Source: an uncultured Gemmatimonadales bacterium (lineage in GTDB: Bacteria; Gemmatimonadota; Gemmatimonadetes; Gemmatimonadales; GWC2-71-9). Taken from it: a DNA stretch of 64,000 bases. Under the pieces are notes generated by a model, which did not search any database, was not told where the DNA came from, and worked only from the letters and a program-made list of their open reading frames with translations. The translations under genes were made by a program, and so were the position numbers. Shown piece by piece: positions 9,761 through 19,785 of the stretch; position 1 is the stretch's first letter, and every line of letters begins with the position of its first letter. The DNA is taken from NCBI GenBank assembly GCA_963795085.1, contig CAWCFX010000006.1, forward strand, positions 416,001 through 480,000. Reading direction: 5' to 3'.

Positions 9761-9832
9761 GGAGCGCCTGTGTCCTCCCGTGGGGATGGTTCGCTGTCCG
9801 TGCGGCCGGGCCGCGGGGTGCGATGAAACCGT

Positions 9833-9860
9833 TTGCACTGCCCTCCCCTGGACGCATGAT
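9833..9860 (+). promoter_or_regulatory. candidate sigma70 promoter for the 10006 gene
   Basis: TTGCAC-N16-CATGAT. Confidence 0.35.
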
Positions 9861-10005
9861 ATCTCGCGGCCGCGCAACTGGTTGAGCGCGGGTGCTGAGC
9901 ATCGGGCCGCGGGCCTCGGCCGGGAGGCTCGAGTGGTCTGGCACGCCGGTTCCGTTGGGGGGCATCCATCGCGGGATTCATCATGACCACTCACAGGAGC
10001 GTCGT

Positions 10006-10854
10006 ATGAAGCGCATCGTTCGTCGTAAACTGGAGATGGTGAGCCGGGTGCGGGAGTTCTGCCGGAGTCATCCGATCGATATCGACGGCTACATCGAGGC
10101 GATGGCCCGGCTGGAGGACCGGATGGCGCGGGCGGAGGCGCTGGCGGTGCTGCAGGGGACCGGGTTCCTTCACCAGAGCGGCAGCACCCGGTCCAAGGCG
10201 GTGATCCGGGAGGAGATCCGGGAGCGGCACCTGCGCCACCTGGTGCGGATCGCCCGCGGCGCGGCGGGCGACGTCATGGCGATCACCTGCCGGTTCCGCC
10301 TGCCGAAGAAGGGCATCAACGGGCAAGCCTTCGCCTCCGAAGCCCGGGCGATGCTGGGCCAGGCGGCGGAGTACCGGGCGCTGTTCATCAAGGACGGCAT
10401 GCCGCCGACGTTCATCGAAGACATCCATAAGCTGCTGGCCGAGTACGAGGGAGCGGTGACGGGGCAGTATGAAGGGACGGCGTGGCACGTGGGAGCGGTG
10501 GCGGAGCTGCCTGCCCTGGCGCGGGAGCTGTGCCAGCTGGTGAAACGGCTGGACGCGATCAACCAGATGCGGTTCCAGCACGACGCGGGACTCCTGGGGG
10601 CCTGGGACGCGGCTCGGCGGGTGTCGTGGCCGGGGGCGGGGGCGAAGGCGGTGGTGGAGGTGGCGGCGGAGGAGGCAGGAGAGGTGATGGAGGTGGCGGG
10701 AGAGGTAATGGAGGTGGCGGGAGAGGTGGTGGAGGGAGAGGGTCTGGGGCTGGTGGCGTTGGGGGGGCTGGCGGAGTTCCTATCCAGGGGCATACTGGTA
10801 GGGCAACGGCGACTCGTGAGCAATCCCTCGTTGGTCAGAAACCTTACATCTTAG
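10006..10854 (+). CDS. uncharacterised predicted all-alpha protein with acidic heptad-repeat tail
   Basis: AGGAG RBS; RKLEMVSRVREF...RFRLP...GMPPTFIEDI...LDAINQMRFQHDAGLLGAWDAAR; 21 bp coding repeats EVMEVAG at ~10680-10735. Confidence 0.85.
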   Translation: MKRIVRRKLEMVSRVREFCRSHPIDIDGYIEAMARLEDRMARAEALAVLQGTGFLHQSGSTRSKAVIREEIRERHLRHLVRIARGAAGDVMAITCRFRLPKKGINGQAFASEARAMLGQAAEYRALFIKDGMPPTFIEDIHKLLAEYEGAVTGQYEGTAWHVGAVAELPALARELCQLVKRLDAINQMRFQHDAGLLGAWDAARRVSWPGAGAKAVVEVAAEEAGEVMEVAGEVMEVAGEVVEGEGLGLVALGGLAEFLSRGILVGQRRLVSNPSLVRNLTS

Positions 10855-10865
10855 CGGGGGTTACA

Positions 10866-11462
10866 ATGCGTGCCCTGGGGATCACCCTGCTGCTGAGTTC
10901 ATTGTCTTCTCTTCTGGCGGCGCAAACCACATCGAGCGCACGCGAGTTCAAGCCCAGCTCCTGCGCCGCCGCCGATAGCGCCCTGGGACGGCCGATCTCC
11001 AAGCCCCGCCAACCGATCCAGGGGATGTATTCCCGGGCAACCGGAGAGTCCATGGTGTTCTCAGCCGACCCCTGGGCCTACAATGCCTCGCGTCCCCTCC
11101 GTGCGGTCTGGGTAACCACGAAGTTCGCCGGTGACGGGCCGGAGGCAATGCCCATCCTGGGCTTCCAGGTGCGCCTTGAGGATACGTTGCTGAGGGTCGG
11201 CCCGGATGCCCGGCTGAGCCTCCAGTTCGACAGTGCCGCCGCCCAGGTCATCGGGGAAATGCAGGGACAGCGCTTTGGTTCTGGGCGCAAGATCGACCAG
11301 GTGCTGACGATCGGGCTCACCGGGCCGGAGTCACGGCAACTGGCCGCTGCGTACCGGGTCCGGGGCATGATCGGGGAACTCGCTTTCGAGGTTCCTGAAC
11401 GGGCCCTGGAGGGCATTCGGGCCGTCTACGTCGCGGGGGCATGTGGAGTAAGGCTCCGGTAG
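10866..11462 (+). CDS. hypothetical secreted protein
   Basis: Signal peptide MRALGITLLLSSLSSLLAAQ; N- and C-terminal Cys. Confidence 0.65.
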   Translation: MRALGITLLLSSLSSLLAAQTTSSAREFKPSSCAAADSALGRPISKPRQPIQGMYSRATGESMVFSADPWAYNASRPLRAVWVTTKFAGDGPEAMPILGFQVRLEDTLLRVGPDARLSLQFDSAAAQVIGEMQGQRFGSGRKIDQVLTIGLTGPESRQLAAAYRVRGMIGELAFEVPERALEGIRAVYVAGACGVRLR

Positions 11463-11497
11463 CATTCTGCCGCCTGGCACGACGATCGATCATGATC

Positions 11498-11515
11498 AGC
11501 GCGGTTGCCGCTCAA
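11498..11515 (+). mobile_element. attC-like right-arm remnant
   Basis: AGCGCGGTTGCCGCTCAA is nearly identical to the right arm of 453-551; it lies just after a stop codon. Confidence 0.45.
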
Positions 11516-11577
11516 ACAAGCTTTCCGACACTCGCATCGATCGACCGCTGGCAAGTGGACACGACTAGTGAGATTCT

Positions 11578-11964
11578 ATGAGATACCGCAGACCGTCTTC
11601 CACACATCCCGCCTTGCTCCTGTTCGCCATGCTGACGCTACTCAATTGCTCGGGAGGCACCGCTGACCCAACCAATGATCCCCTGCTGGATCCGGTACTC
11701 AATGGTGCCTGGGTGGATGGCATACAGTCCGGCCCGGTAAAGATTTACATAACCGAGTTCACGTTCAGCAACGGGCGTTTCGAGTGGACGTTTGACGGCG
11801 ACCTCCAGCAGAGAGGCGAGTATGACACTCGCGATGGGATTCTCACGGTTACCATTCACAATAACTACGGCTCACCGCAACGCACGCTGGGCGACTACAG
11901 CAGACCTTACGCCATTACCGGCCATACTCTCACGTGGGGCGGGTGGCAGTTCACAAAGCATTAG
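11578..11964 (+). CDS. hypothetical lipoprotein (lipocalin-like), lower GC
   Basis: LLNC lipobox-like; LNGAW; flanked by attC-like sequences. Confidence 0.65.
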   Translation: MRYRRPSSTHPALLLFAMLTLLNCSGGTADPTNDPLLDPVLNGAWVDGIQSGPVKIYITEFTFSNGRFEWTFDGDLQQRGEYDTRDGILTVTIHNNYGSPQRTLGDYSRPYAITGHTLTWGGWQFTKH

Positions 11965-12059
11965 CTGATCTCCAAAAAGCAATCAACGCGTTCGGCTACC
12001 CGGTGAACGCCACCCGCGTGCTGAGCGTGGATTATCGCACGGGCGCAAACCGTTATGAC
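11965..12059 (+). mobile_element. degenerate attC-like site
   Basis: AATCAACGCGTTCGGC pairs imperfectly with GCTGAGCGTGGATT; ends GCGCAAACCGTTATGAC, like 453-551. Confidence 0.55.
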
Positions 12060-12085
12060 GCGCCTTCACAGTCTTCAAGTAACCT

Positions 12086-12310
12086 ATGGCTCCCGACACG
12101 ACCTGGCAGCAGGGTATCCTGTGGGCCATAGGCGCCGTGATTCTTGTGGCGGCCTGGCTCATGATGGAAGGTGCCGGCGATATTGCGGAAGAGATCGCGA
12201 ACCCTTCAAGGGATGACACACCGTGGTCGACGGTCAGGCCACGAGTGATCCTGGCATACTTTCTCGTCGCCGCGGTCGGGGTCGGCATTTTCCTTCTGCC
12301 CGGTGGTTGA
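12086..12310 (+). CDS. small 2-TM hypothetical protein
   Basis: Two hydrophobic segments; starts 27 nt after the attC-like GTT box. Confidence 0.55.
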   Translation: MAPDTTWQQGILWAIGAVILVAAWLMMEGAGDIAEEIANPSRDDTPWSTVRPRVILAYFLVAAVGVGIFLLPGG

Positions 12311-12451
12311 TGTCAGGTCCCAGCTAGTCCCACGGCTGGGGTTGAGCCGGCGGGTCTATCCGGAAACGGCCGGGGGAGGCATACTGGGGTGGACCGTCAA
12401 GAACCGATACGGCCATGCGCTCGCCAGGCCACTACTACGGGTGTCGCTGTC

Positions 12452-12928
12452 ATGCCGGAGTTGCGGAGTCCACTCTCGCCGGACGAATGCTCCCGCCGCC
12501 TGGTGGCCCGGGCGGGCGAGGCCCAGTTGTACCGGGGGGAAGTTCTGCCGCATGACACTCGGATGCTGGCCCGGGTATCTGGCCGTCGGTTCCAATTATG
12601 GCGTTACGCGGGGCTGCGGAATGCGTTCGGCTATCGCTTCCATGGTCACCTGGTTCCGGTCAACGGTGCCACCGCGATCCGCGGGACCGTTCGTCTCGGC
12701 CTGAGTGCGATACTGCTGCTCGCACTCCTCCCGGCGTGGGTCATCGGCCTGTCAAGCCGGAGTCCGCAGCTTCGTTCGATTGAACTCGTGGAACTTCGCG
12801 TGGCCCTGCTCTGGGGGATTGGTGTCGTCCTGATTGGAACGGTGCAAGCCATCGCCGCCCATCGGTTCGCGGATCCCTTCCTGGCCTTTTTGAGGAATAC
12901 GCTCGAGGCGACGGTCACGCACCGGTAG
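12452..12928 (+). CDS. hypothetical membrane protein
   Basis: LRSPLSPDECSRRL...RNAFGYRFHG plus two C-terminal TM helices. Confidence 0.65.
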   Translation: MPELRSPLSPDECSRRLVARAGEAQLYRGEVLPHDTRMLARVSGRRFQLWRYAGLRNAFGYRFHGHLVPVNGATAIRGTVRLGLSAILLLALLPAWVIGLSSRSPQLRSIELVELRVALLWGIGVVLIGTVQAIAAHRFADPFLAFLRNTLEATVTHR

Positions 12929-13005
12929 CAGCCGGACATCGATTGAAGTAGTACACAGTCACCAGCCACCCGAGCATTCCCGCGGTCATTCGCCCTTTGG
13001 TTCTC

Positions 13006-13317
13006 ATGCCGCACAGCGTACATGCACGGTCTCTCGGAACCCGGGTCATGCAGGGGTTGGGCCTCGCCCTGCTCCTGGTGGTGTTCCGCATGGGCGCGGG
13101 TCTGCTTGCCGCGTCCATTCGCTGGAACGAGGTGATAATGGTGGGAGCCGCCGCCTCACTGGGCGGAGTCCTGGGTGGCGCAACGTTCTACGCGACCGAC
13201 GGCTGGCGAATCGCGGGAGGATGGCGCCGGACGCTGGCCAACGTCCTTTCGCTGCTGGCCTACTGCGCCGGTGCAGGCGGCGCCATTCTTCTTCTCCCGC
13301 CACCAGAGAGCTTGTGA
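13006..13317 (+). CDS. small 3-TM hypothetical protein
   Basis: Hydrophobic ORF. Confidence 0.55.
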   Translation: MPHSVHARSLGTRVMQGLGLALLLVVFRMGAGLLAASIRWNEVIMVGAAASLGGVLGGATFYATDGWRIAGGWRRTLANVLSLLAYCAGAGGAILLLPPPESL

Positions 13318-13806
13318 GCGCTCGGCAATGGAGCGCATGGGTGCTGGCCGCTTCCCTGGGCTGTTTCGGGTGCGGCATCGGCCGCACGGACGCCTGCCGA
13401 GCCCATCTACCGCTACATCAACGTCCTGGACGGCACCGAGATCCGCCTGGGTGAACCGTTCGACCATCGCGCGCTGGCCAAGGCTCTCGATGATACGAGC
13501 TATACCCTCATGCCGGGCACCTTTAGCGGCGGGGGAACGGTCTCGATCGTCGTCCGCACGGACACCGCCTCCGTCGTCCGGTCCATGACTTTCATCTACG
13601 ACGGCTCCGAGACGGTGGACACGAAGGTCGCCAGCTACACTGCCAGCCTGGGAAGGCCGGCGACGGAGCGGGACGACCGCTCCGGCCGGTCCACGTATGT
13701 CTGGGAGGATTCGACCACGCGGTTCGAGCTGGTCTCCTCGCCTCTGAGCACGCCCGGCCTGTGGTCCCGTCTCCTGGACCGGCCCGGCCGGGGAGAACAG
13801 TTCTGA
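13314..13806 (+). pseudogene. frameshifted hypothetical lipoprotein
   Basis: GTG13314 gives signal SAWVLAASLGCFGC. The mature region (PAEPIYRYINVLDGTEIRLG...YVWEDSTTRFEL) is in the +1 frame from ~13390. Confidence 0.55.
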
Positions 13807-13814
13807 CGCGGGTG

Positions 13815-14010
13815 GTGTGCGGGCGGCAGAATCCCTTCACCCACGGCATCGAGGCGCATTAACGCAGAGGGCACAGGTAACGCACCAGGTCCTGTCTGAT
13901 GAGGTGAAAAGTGCTTTTACAACAACCAGCTGTTTCTGCGGTCTCGTGGTTCACTTCCGCGTTCTCTGCGTTAATGCGCCTCGGTGCCGACACCCACGAC
14001 TATGCCCACG
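13815..14010. repeat. MITE/REP-like palindromic element copy 3 (diverged interior)
   Basis: Perfect 20 bp inverted repeat 13850-13869 / 13964-13983. Confidence 0.8.
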
Positions 14011-14090
14011 CCCACAACTCTTCACCGGAGGTCGTGAGCCCCGAGTCGCCGGGTTGCGGCGGTTTCACCAGACACGGGAGAACCCCAGGA

Positions 14091-14476
14091 ATGACGCTAC
14101 GCCTCCTCCTCCTCCTCACCCTCGGACTGGCCGGCACCATTGCCGGCCCACTCCAGAGTCAGCAGTTGCGGCCCCAGCCGCCGAGCCTGCCCGGCTTGTC
14201 CCTGCCCCTCGCGCTCGGACTCGGGGATGCCGTTTGGGTGGCGCCGGTGCCCCGGTGGAGAATCACCGCGCTCGGCGCGCTCCTGGCGGCGGCGCCGGCC
14301 CGGGACAGCGCTGACGTCGCCTGCCCGATGCCGGTGCAGCGGCTCCGGCCCTCGATTGACGACGGCATGCCCGTCCTCAAAGGCGACTCGACCACTGCCC
14401 CCGCGGCGACTCGGTCGCTGGCGATGCCGTCCTGTGACAATCCCCTCTTCGAACGAAGGGCAGCCCCACCCCATGA
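14091..14476 (+). CDS. small secreted hypothetical protein; stop apparently lost or frameshifted (frame runs on to 14930)
   Basis: Signal peptide MTLRLLLLLTLGLAG; CPMPV...MPV...CDNPLF; the remainder overlaps the next gene in low-complexity sequence. End coordinate is inferred. Confidence 0.45.
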
Positions 14477-15111
14477 GCCTCCTCTCCCGACTCCCCCGCG
14501 TCCTGGTCCTCGGCCTGCTGGGAGTGCCGGTTTCCCTGTCGGCGCAGACCCGGATAGACATCGGACCCAGCGTCGGGCTCTACCTGCCCCTCCGCTCGTA
14601 CGTCGGCCCGGGGTCCTCGTTTTTCCCTCCCTTCAGCGAGAGCAGCGAGTGGACCCAACGGAACGCCCTCGCCGTGGGGGCCCATGCCGCCATGTGGCTG
14701 GGCCGCCGGTGGGGCGTCGCCGCGAGCTACAATTACGCCGGAAGCGACGTGAGCAACCCCGCCGCGGGCGGCATGCCGGGCGGCCGGCTGGACGGCTCGG
14801 TCCAGGTCCTGACCGCCGAGCTGCAGGCCCGCCTCGGAAACACCGATCGCCCCTTTCAGCTGGTCTTCACCGGCGGGGCCGCCTATATCACCCGGAGTGG
14901 AGACGCCTTCGCCCAGGTGGATGGCCATGACGCGGTAGGCGCCGTCCTCGGCCTGGCGTCGCGGCGGGAGCTGGGATCCCGCTGGGTGGCCACCGGGAGC
15001 GTCCGGGTGCTGATCTACTCCCTGGAGTTGCGCGACGAGGCCATGACCTACGAGGCGTCCACCCAGGCCGACATGCTGGGACAGGTCACCATCGCCTACC
15101 GAGTCTTTTAG
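14473..15111 (+). CDS. outer-membrane beta-barrel-like protein
   Basis: Signal peptide, alternating amphipathic strands, C-terminal VTIAYRVF. Confidence 0.7.
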   Translation: MSLLSRLPRVLVLGLLGVPVSLSAQTRIDIGPSVGLYLPLRSYVGPGSSFFPPFSESSEWTQRNALAVGAHAAMWLGRRWGVAASYNYAGSDVSNPAAGGMPGGRLDGSVQVLTAELQARLGNTDRPFQLVFTGGAAYITRSGDAFAQVDGHDAVGAVLGLASRRELGSRWVATGSVRVLIYSLELRDEAMTYEASTQADMLGQVTIAYRVF

Positions 15112-15146
15112 GTGGCCGGCCGGTTTCCGCCCTGATCTCCCATCCC

Positions 15147-15192
15147 GTCGCTTCAGCGACCGTCCTGCCGAGGGCAGGCTTCAGCCTGTCCT
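15147..15192. repeat. REP-like double hairpin (GTCGC-TTCA-GCGAC and CAGGC-TTCA-GCCTG)
   Basis: Homologous to modules of the 38262-38794 array. Confidence 0.75.
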
Positions 15193-15360
15193 CTCGCGCG
15201 ATCCCAGGGCTGAGCGGACAGTGGACCCTGGGTGGCGGAGCGGCATGGACGGTAGGGACCAGGCGGAACGGGGATGAAACGTCATCCCAGGTGGCACCGA
15301 TGGACGGCGGTATGCCGGTAGCCTGGAGTCAGCCCTTCCCCGGTTTCGTTGAGAGGTGAC

Positions 15361-15687
15361 ATGAGAGCTGTACTCATCATCCTGGCCGTTATCTGGATTG
15401 TCTATCTCGTGGTGAGCCGGACCAGGCCTGGTCCTCCCGGCTCCCCTGGGGAACTGCGACGTATTGAGGAGAGGATGGCTGCGGTCCAGCAACGGGTAAA
15501 GAGCATCCAGGAGAATGATCTGACCACTCCAGATGCCCTCCGCCGTAAACTGGAGGACATGAAGGTATTGAAACGAGTGTTCGAGGAAGATCCCGCGGCC
15601 TTTGCCGAACATCCGGACGTACTCAAGCGATTCGAGGATGACTTCGCCCGGTTGCAAGCGACCGTTGATTCACACAATGGTGCCTGA
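15361..15687 (+). CDS. hypothetical protein, N-terminal TM and coiled coil
   Basis: GAGGTG RBS; hydrophobic N-terminus. Confidence 0.7.
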   Translation: MRAVLIILAVIWIVYLVVSRTRPGPPGSPGELRRIEERMAAVQQRVKSIQENDLTTPDALRRKLEDMKVLKRVFEEDPAAFAEHPDVLKRFEDDFARLQATVDSHNGA

Positions 15688-16099
15688 CACGCGCCTGGAA
15701 CGGGCAACCGTCGGCGCGCAACCAGGGACCGGGTTGCGAGCACGCCCTTGGCTCGGGACCGTTTGCTGCCTTGCGTTGGTACTGAGTGCCTGTGCGGGTC
15801 AACCGCTCACGGTCCCGATCCCTCCGGCGGGCGCACATGCGGCGAGGCAGGACCTCGAGGTCTGGCAAGGGGCGCGGGCGACTACCCTCCACGGGGTAGT
15901 CGTGACGTCGGACAGCTTGAGCGGAGTGCCGGTCAGACAGCCTCCCTCATGCGATTCGTGCCGCATACCCATTCCCCTGGCGGCGATTGACTCGGTTCGC
16001 GAGGTAAGCATTGACAGGGCCGCGCTCGGCACCATGGGTCTGGTGGCAGGCTTTGCCGCCCTGACGCTCCTGGCCTGGCACGCGAGCGCGGGCGATTGA
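15677..16099 (+). CDS. hypothetical lipoprotein
   Basis: LVLSAC lipobox; DSLSGVP..CDSCR..IPLAAIDSVR. Confidence 0.65.
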   Translation: MVPDTRLERATVGAQPGTGLRARPWLGTVCCLALVLSACAGQPLTVPIPPAGAHAARQDLEVWQGARATTLHGVVVTSDSLSGVPVRQPPSCDSCRIPIPLAAIDSVREVSIDRAALGTMGLVAGFAALTLLAWHASAGD

Positions 16100-16193
16100 C
16101 CTCTGCACGCGTGTGGGGCGGCCCTGCGCGCCGGGCCATCCGCTGGACGCCGGTTATGCTGAGCGCGGTTGCCGCTCACGTCCTCCGTTCAGG
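16100..16193 (+). mobile_element. degenerate attC-like site
   Basis: Left arm ACGCGTGTGGGGCGGCCCTGCGCGCCGGGC and right arm GCTGAGCGCGGTTGCCGCTCA...CCGTTCAGG are both homologous to 453-551; lies between a stop and the next start. Confidence 0.6.
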
Positions 16194-16218
16194 TGGCTTT
16201 CTCACTCCCCGCACACTG

Positions 16219-16605
16219 GTGTCGAAGACACCGATCATCTTCAGCACTACCCACCGCGTCCAGTTCTCGGAACTCGATCCCTATAACCACGTCGGCACGG
16301 GGCGATTTGCCACGTACTTCGTCGACCACCGCATGAAGGGGCTCAGCCAGCACATCGGCTGGGATGCCGCCACTCTCATCAATCTCCCGTTCGCGGTGTG
16401 GGTTCGCCGGCTGGAGATCGATTTCGTCCGGCCGGTCTCCGCCGACCGGGAGTTTACGATAACCTCCTTCGTGCGTGAGTTTCGGGGGCCGGACGCCTTC
16501 ATCGAGTGCACCATGACGGACACGACGGGCAAGACGCTGTCCCGCGCCCTGATGATCGTGGCATGCGTCCGACAAGGCTACCAACCGCGCCATGGAGTGG
16601 CCGGG
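16219..16605 (+). pseudogene. acyl-CoA thioesterase (4HBT/FcbC hot-dog fold), C-terminal frameshift or truncation
   Basis: HRVQFSELDPYNHV, RRLEIDFVRP. After ACV the expected DKATNRAMEWP is in the +1 frame, followed by unrelated sequence. Confidence 0.7.
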
Positions 16606-16793
16606 GCGGTACCTCCAGGAGCGCGCCGGCCGGCATTCGCCTCGATCACGGCCGGCGTCGCCCTCGGCATGCTCTCGGCCCTGACCCCGGGCAATGCCCT
16701 TGGCGTCCCGGTGGGAACTCCCCAGGTTCATCGCGCACTCCCACCCGTCCTTCCCGGCGCTCCGAAACTCATCAGACAGCGATCGCGTAGGCG

Positions 16794-18240
16794 ATGACAC
16801 CTTTCCGGGGTTCACCGAGGAGACGAGTTTCGCTTCTCACGCTTGGCTGCCTTTGCCTCACGGCCTGCGGGCCGGCTTCGCTGGGCGCCCAGGACGCCGG
16901 GACGCGGGACACGACGATCCGGGTTCACTCCCGCGCGCTGGGAGAAGAGCGGGTCGTGGACATCGCATTGCCCCGGCACTACGCCTCAGGCACCGAGCGC
17001 TATCCGGTGATCGTGGTGCTCGACGCAGAGTTCCAGCACGACATCGCCGCCGCCGCGGCCCGGTTCTACGCCTCCGCGTCCATGGTGCCATCCGCCATCG
17101 TGGTCGGCGTGCGCAACACCCAGCGCATGCGCGACCTGGCGCCGGTGCCGGGCTTCACGCCACCTCCGCAAATCGCCGGGGCGAACGGCGGCGCCGACCG
17201 GTTGATCGCCTTTCTCGCCGACGAGCTGCTCCTCCGGATCGACTGCGCGTACCGGACCGTGCCCATGCGGGTGCTGATCGGCCACTCGCTGGGCGGCTTG
17301 TTCGCGCTCCACGCCCTGGCCACCCGGCCAGCCCTCTTCACCGGGTACGTCGTCATGGAGCCGGCCATCTGGTGGAACCAGGAGCGGGAGTGGCGCACCG
17401 CCCGCGAGGCCCTGGGCCAGCCCGACGCGCGGCGCGCGCGGGTCATGCTGGTGAACACGCCGCGCATGGCCGTGGACACGACGCGCTAAGGGCGGAGACG
17501 CACCCATGGTGCGGCTCCTGGCGGTAACCGGCGAGACGCACGAGAGCATGGCGGCTCCGGGGATGCTGCTGGCCTTGCGCACGCTGTTCGCCGATTTCCG
17601 CCCCTCCGACTGGAAACCGGGGACCCGGCCGGTCGCGATGCTGGAACGCTACGATTCGCTGGCGGGACGCGTGGGGTACGCCGTGCCGATCCCCCTCCCC
17701 GCGTACGAGGCAACGATTCGCATGTCGATCCACGCCCGTCACTTCGACGACGCCGAGCGCATGCTGCCGAGGATGGAGCGCGCCTTCGGGGTGGCGGCCG
17801 GGCGGGAGTTGCGTGAGCTGCTGGCGGCGGAGCGCGCCACCCCGCTGTCGCCGGCGTTCGTCGCGCTGGAGATTCCCGCGAGGCGGCCCACGGCGGCGCA
17901 GGCGGCCCCGTTCCTCGGCCGCTGGCAGAAGACCGGCTCCGGCGGCGGGCACGAGATCGTGGTTCGTCCCTCGGGCGACACGATCGTGGTGCACAGCCGC
18001 GTCCAGCTGCCGGACGGGAGCTGGGACGAGGGTGACCAGTATGTCATCCAGGTGACGCCGGCGGGAAAGCTGGAGTGGGGACTGCCCTGGTTCCGCGGCC
18101 TGGCCGCGTTGCTGGTCCAGGTCGGGGAGATGCTCCCCGACGGGACCATGCGGGTTACCCGCCAGCCGCGGGGCTGGGTCCCACGCGGGCCCGGGGGCGA
18201 GACGAACAGCACGGAGACCTTTCGCCGGGTCGAGGGCTGA
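16794..18240 (+). pseudogene. secreted alpha/beta-hydrolase esterase (IroE/Fes-like), split by a frameshift at ~17488
   Basis: HSRALGEER, RYPVIVVLDA, GGADRLIAFLADEL, GHSLGG in 16794-17489; continuation GETHESM... in 17506-18240. Confidence 0.75.
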
Positions 18241-18448
18241 TCATCCCCAGCCGGCGCAGCCGCGCCCGTCGCTCGACCGGGACCCCGCGGGGCTCTCGCC
18301 GGTCCAGTTCCTTACCGCGTGCAGCAGGCTGGAGGTCGGCTCGGCAGCTGGCCATCTGCCGTGCCGTCTGCCCCACCCGCCCCGGCGTCATCCCCATTCG
18401 TCCCGCCGTCGTTGTCGCCAGCCCCCGGCGACCCCTATGCTGCCCGGC

Positions 18449-19687
18449 ATGAAAACACTCACCGTTCTCCTCGCCGCCCTCCTCGCCGCTTTCCTCGTTG
18501 GCCTGTTCGGCGCCCGCCTGTTCGGCGCCGGCCCGAGCGCCGTGGAACCGCGCCACCATGAAGACGCCGTGTCGGCCATCTTGCGGGTGCTCGACTCGGT
18601 CCCCCTGGTCGCCATCATGGAAGACCACCTGCTGGCCGAGGAAGGCGAGCTGTACCAGCGCCTGCTGCGCGATCCCCGGGCGCCGGGGCGGATCAACGAT
18701 GTGATTGTCGAACTGGGGAATCAGCTGCACCAGCCGCTGGCCGACCGCTCCGTGGGCTGGACGGCCGGGCCGCCGGTGCCGGCAGATTCCCTGGGCATGA
18801 TCTGGGAGGACAACACCCAGGCCGGGCTGGTGACGATGTACGCCCCCATGTACCCGGCGATTCTCGACGCGGTGCGCGAGGCGAACGCGCGGGTGCCGCC
18901 GGCCCGGCGTATGCGCGTGCTGCTGGGCGATCCCCCGGTGAACTGGCGCACGGTCACCCGTGATCAGCTCTGGGACGCGCACAAGCAGAGGGGGAACTTC
19001 ATGCGCGCGCTGGCGCGGGACTCGGTAGTGGCACGCGGTCGGCGCGGCGTGCTCATCGCGGGCGGGTCGCACCTGATGCGCAGCCCTCACACGGCTCACC
19101 CACCCGGCTCCCGCCGCGATGCGCAGTGGGGATCGCTCGGGGATAGCGTCTTTGTGGTCGACGTCCACGTGGGCTTCGGCGCCCCGCTGGCTGCCCTCGA
19201 ACCGTTCATGGACTCGCTGCCTCGGTTCGCACTGCTGCGAAGCGCCGGCCCGATTCTCCGGGACCTCCTCGTCAACGACGTCCTGGCGGCCACCCCCGCG
19301 AGCGACGGAAGTGTTCCCCCGTCGGCGACACCGCCGGCGGCAATGCGGTTGCGGGATGAGGGCGTACGGTTGTCAGAGGTGATAGACGGCTATGTCTACC
19401 TGGGCCCGTTCCGCTCGCTGACCATGTCCCGGCCCGACGTGCAGCGCCTGCGCCGCGAGCCGGCCCGCCTGCGCGAGTTCCAGAGAAGGATGTGCCTGAT
19501 CACCGGGCGTCCGGTCGACACCACCCGGGTCTTCGCCGCCGATACCACTCGTCTCTTCTTTCCCACCGGCGGGCGCCCCAGCCGGGTCGCGTTTGTGCCC
19601 ATCCGGGAGGCGCAGCGGGACGAGCGGGCCCCGCCGCCACCCCTTCCGCCGGAACTGCCCGAACCCTGTCGCTCTCTGCTTCACTAG
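18449..19687 (+). CDS. hypothetical exported protein (ChaN/EreA-like fold possible)
   Basis: VAIMEDH, DVIVELGN, RVLLGDPPVNW, LIAGGSHL, DGYVYLGP. Confidence 0.7.
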   Translation: MKTLTVLLAALLAAFLVGLFGARLFGAGPSAVEPRHHEDAVSAILRVLDSVPLVAIMEDHLLAEEGELYQRLLRDPRAPGRINDVIVELGNQLHQPLADRSVGWTAGPPVPADSLGMIWEDNTQAGLVTMYAPMYPAILDAVREANARVPPARRMRVLLGDPPVNWRTVTRDQLWDAHKQRGNFMRALARDSVVARGRRGVLIAGGSHLMRSPHTAHPPGSRRDAQWGSLGDSVFVVDVHVGFGAPLAALEPFMDSLPRFALLRSAGPILRDLLVNDVLAATPASDGSVPPSATPPAAMRLRDEGVRLSEVIDGYVYLGPFRSLTMSRPDVQRLRREPARLREFQRRMCLITGRPVDTTRVFAADTTRLFFPTGGRPSRVAFVPIREAQRDERAPPPPLPPELPEPCRSLLH

Positions 19688-19785
19688 CGGGAAGGCGGTC
19701 GGCGCGGGACCAGATCTGATCCTACGGGGCATCAATCCACCCTCCGTGTGCCGCACCGAGCGGTATAGCACGCCAGGCCGCCGAG

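Noticed and set aside
9939..9953. sigma54 promoter TGGCACG-CCGG-TTCC upstream of the 10006 gene
   Set aside because: The -12 element is CC rather than the near-invariant GC; not called.
9346..9990. ORFs over the 21-22 bp array on either strand
   Set aside because: The RVEPPG-like heptad hops between frames and none has a convincing start; treated as non-coding pending a read check.
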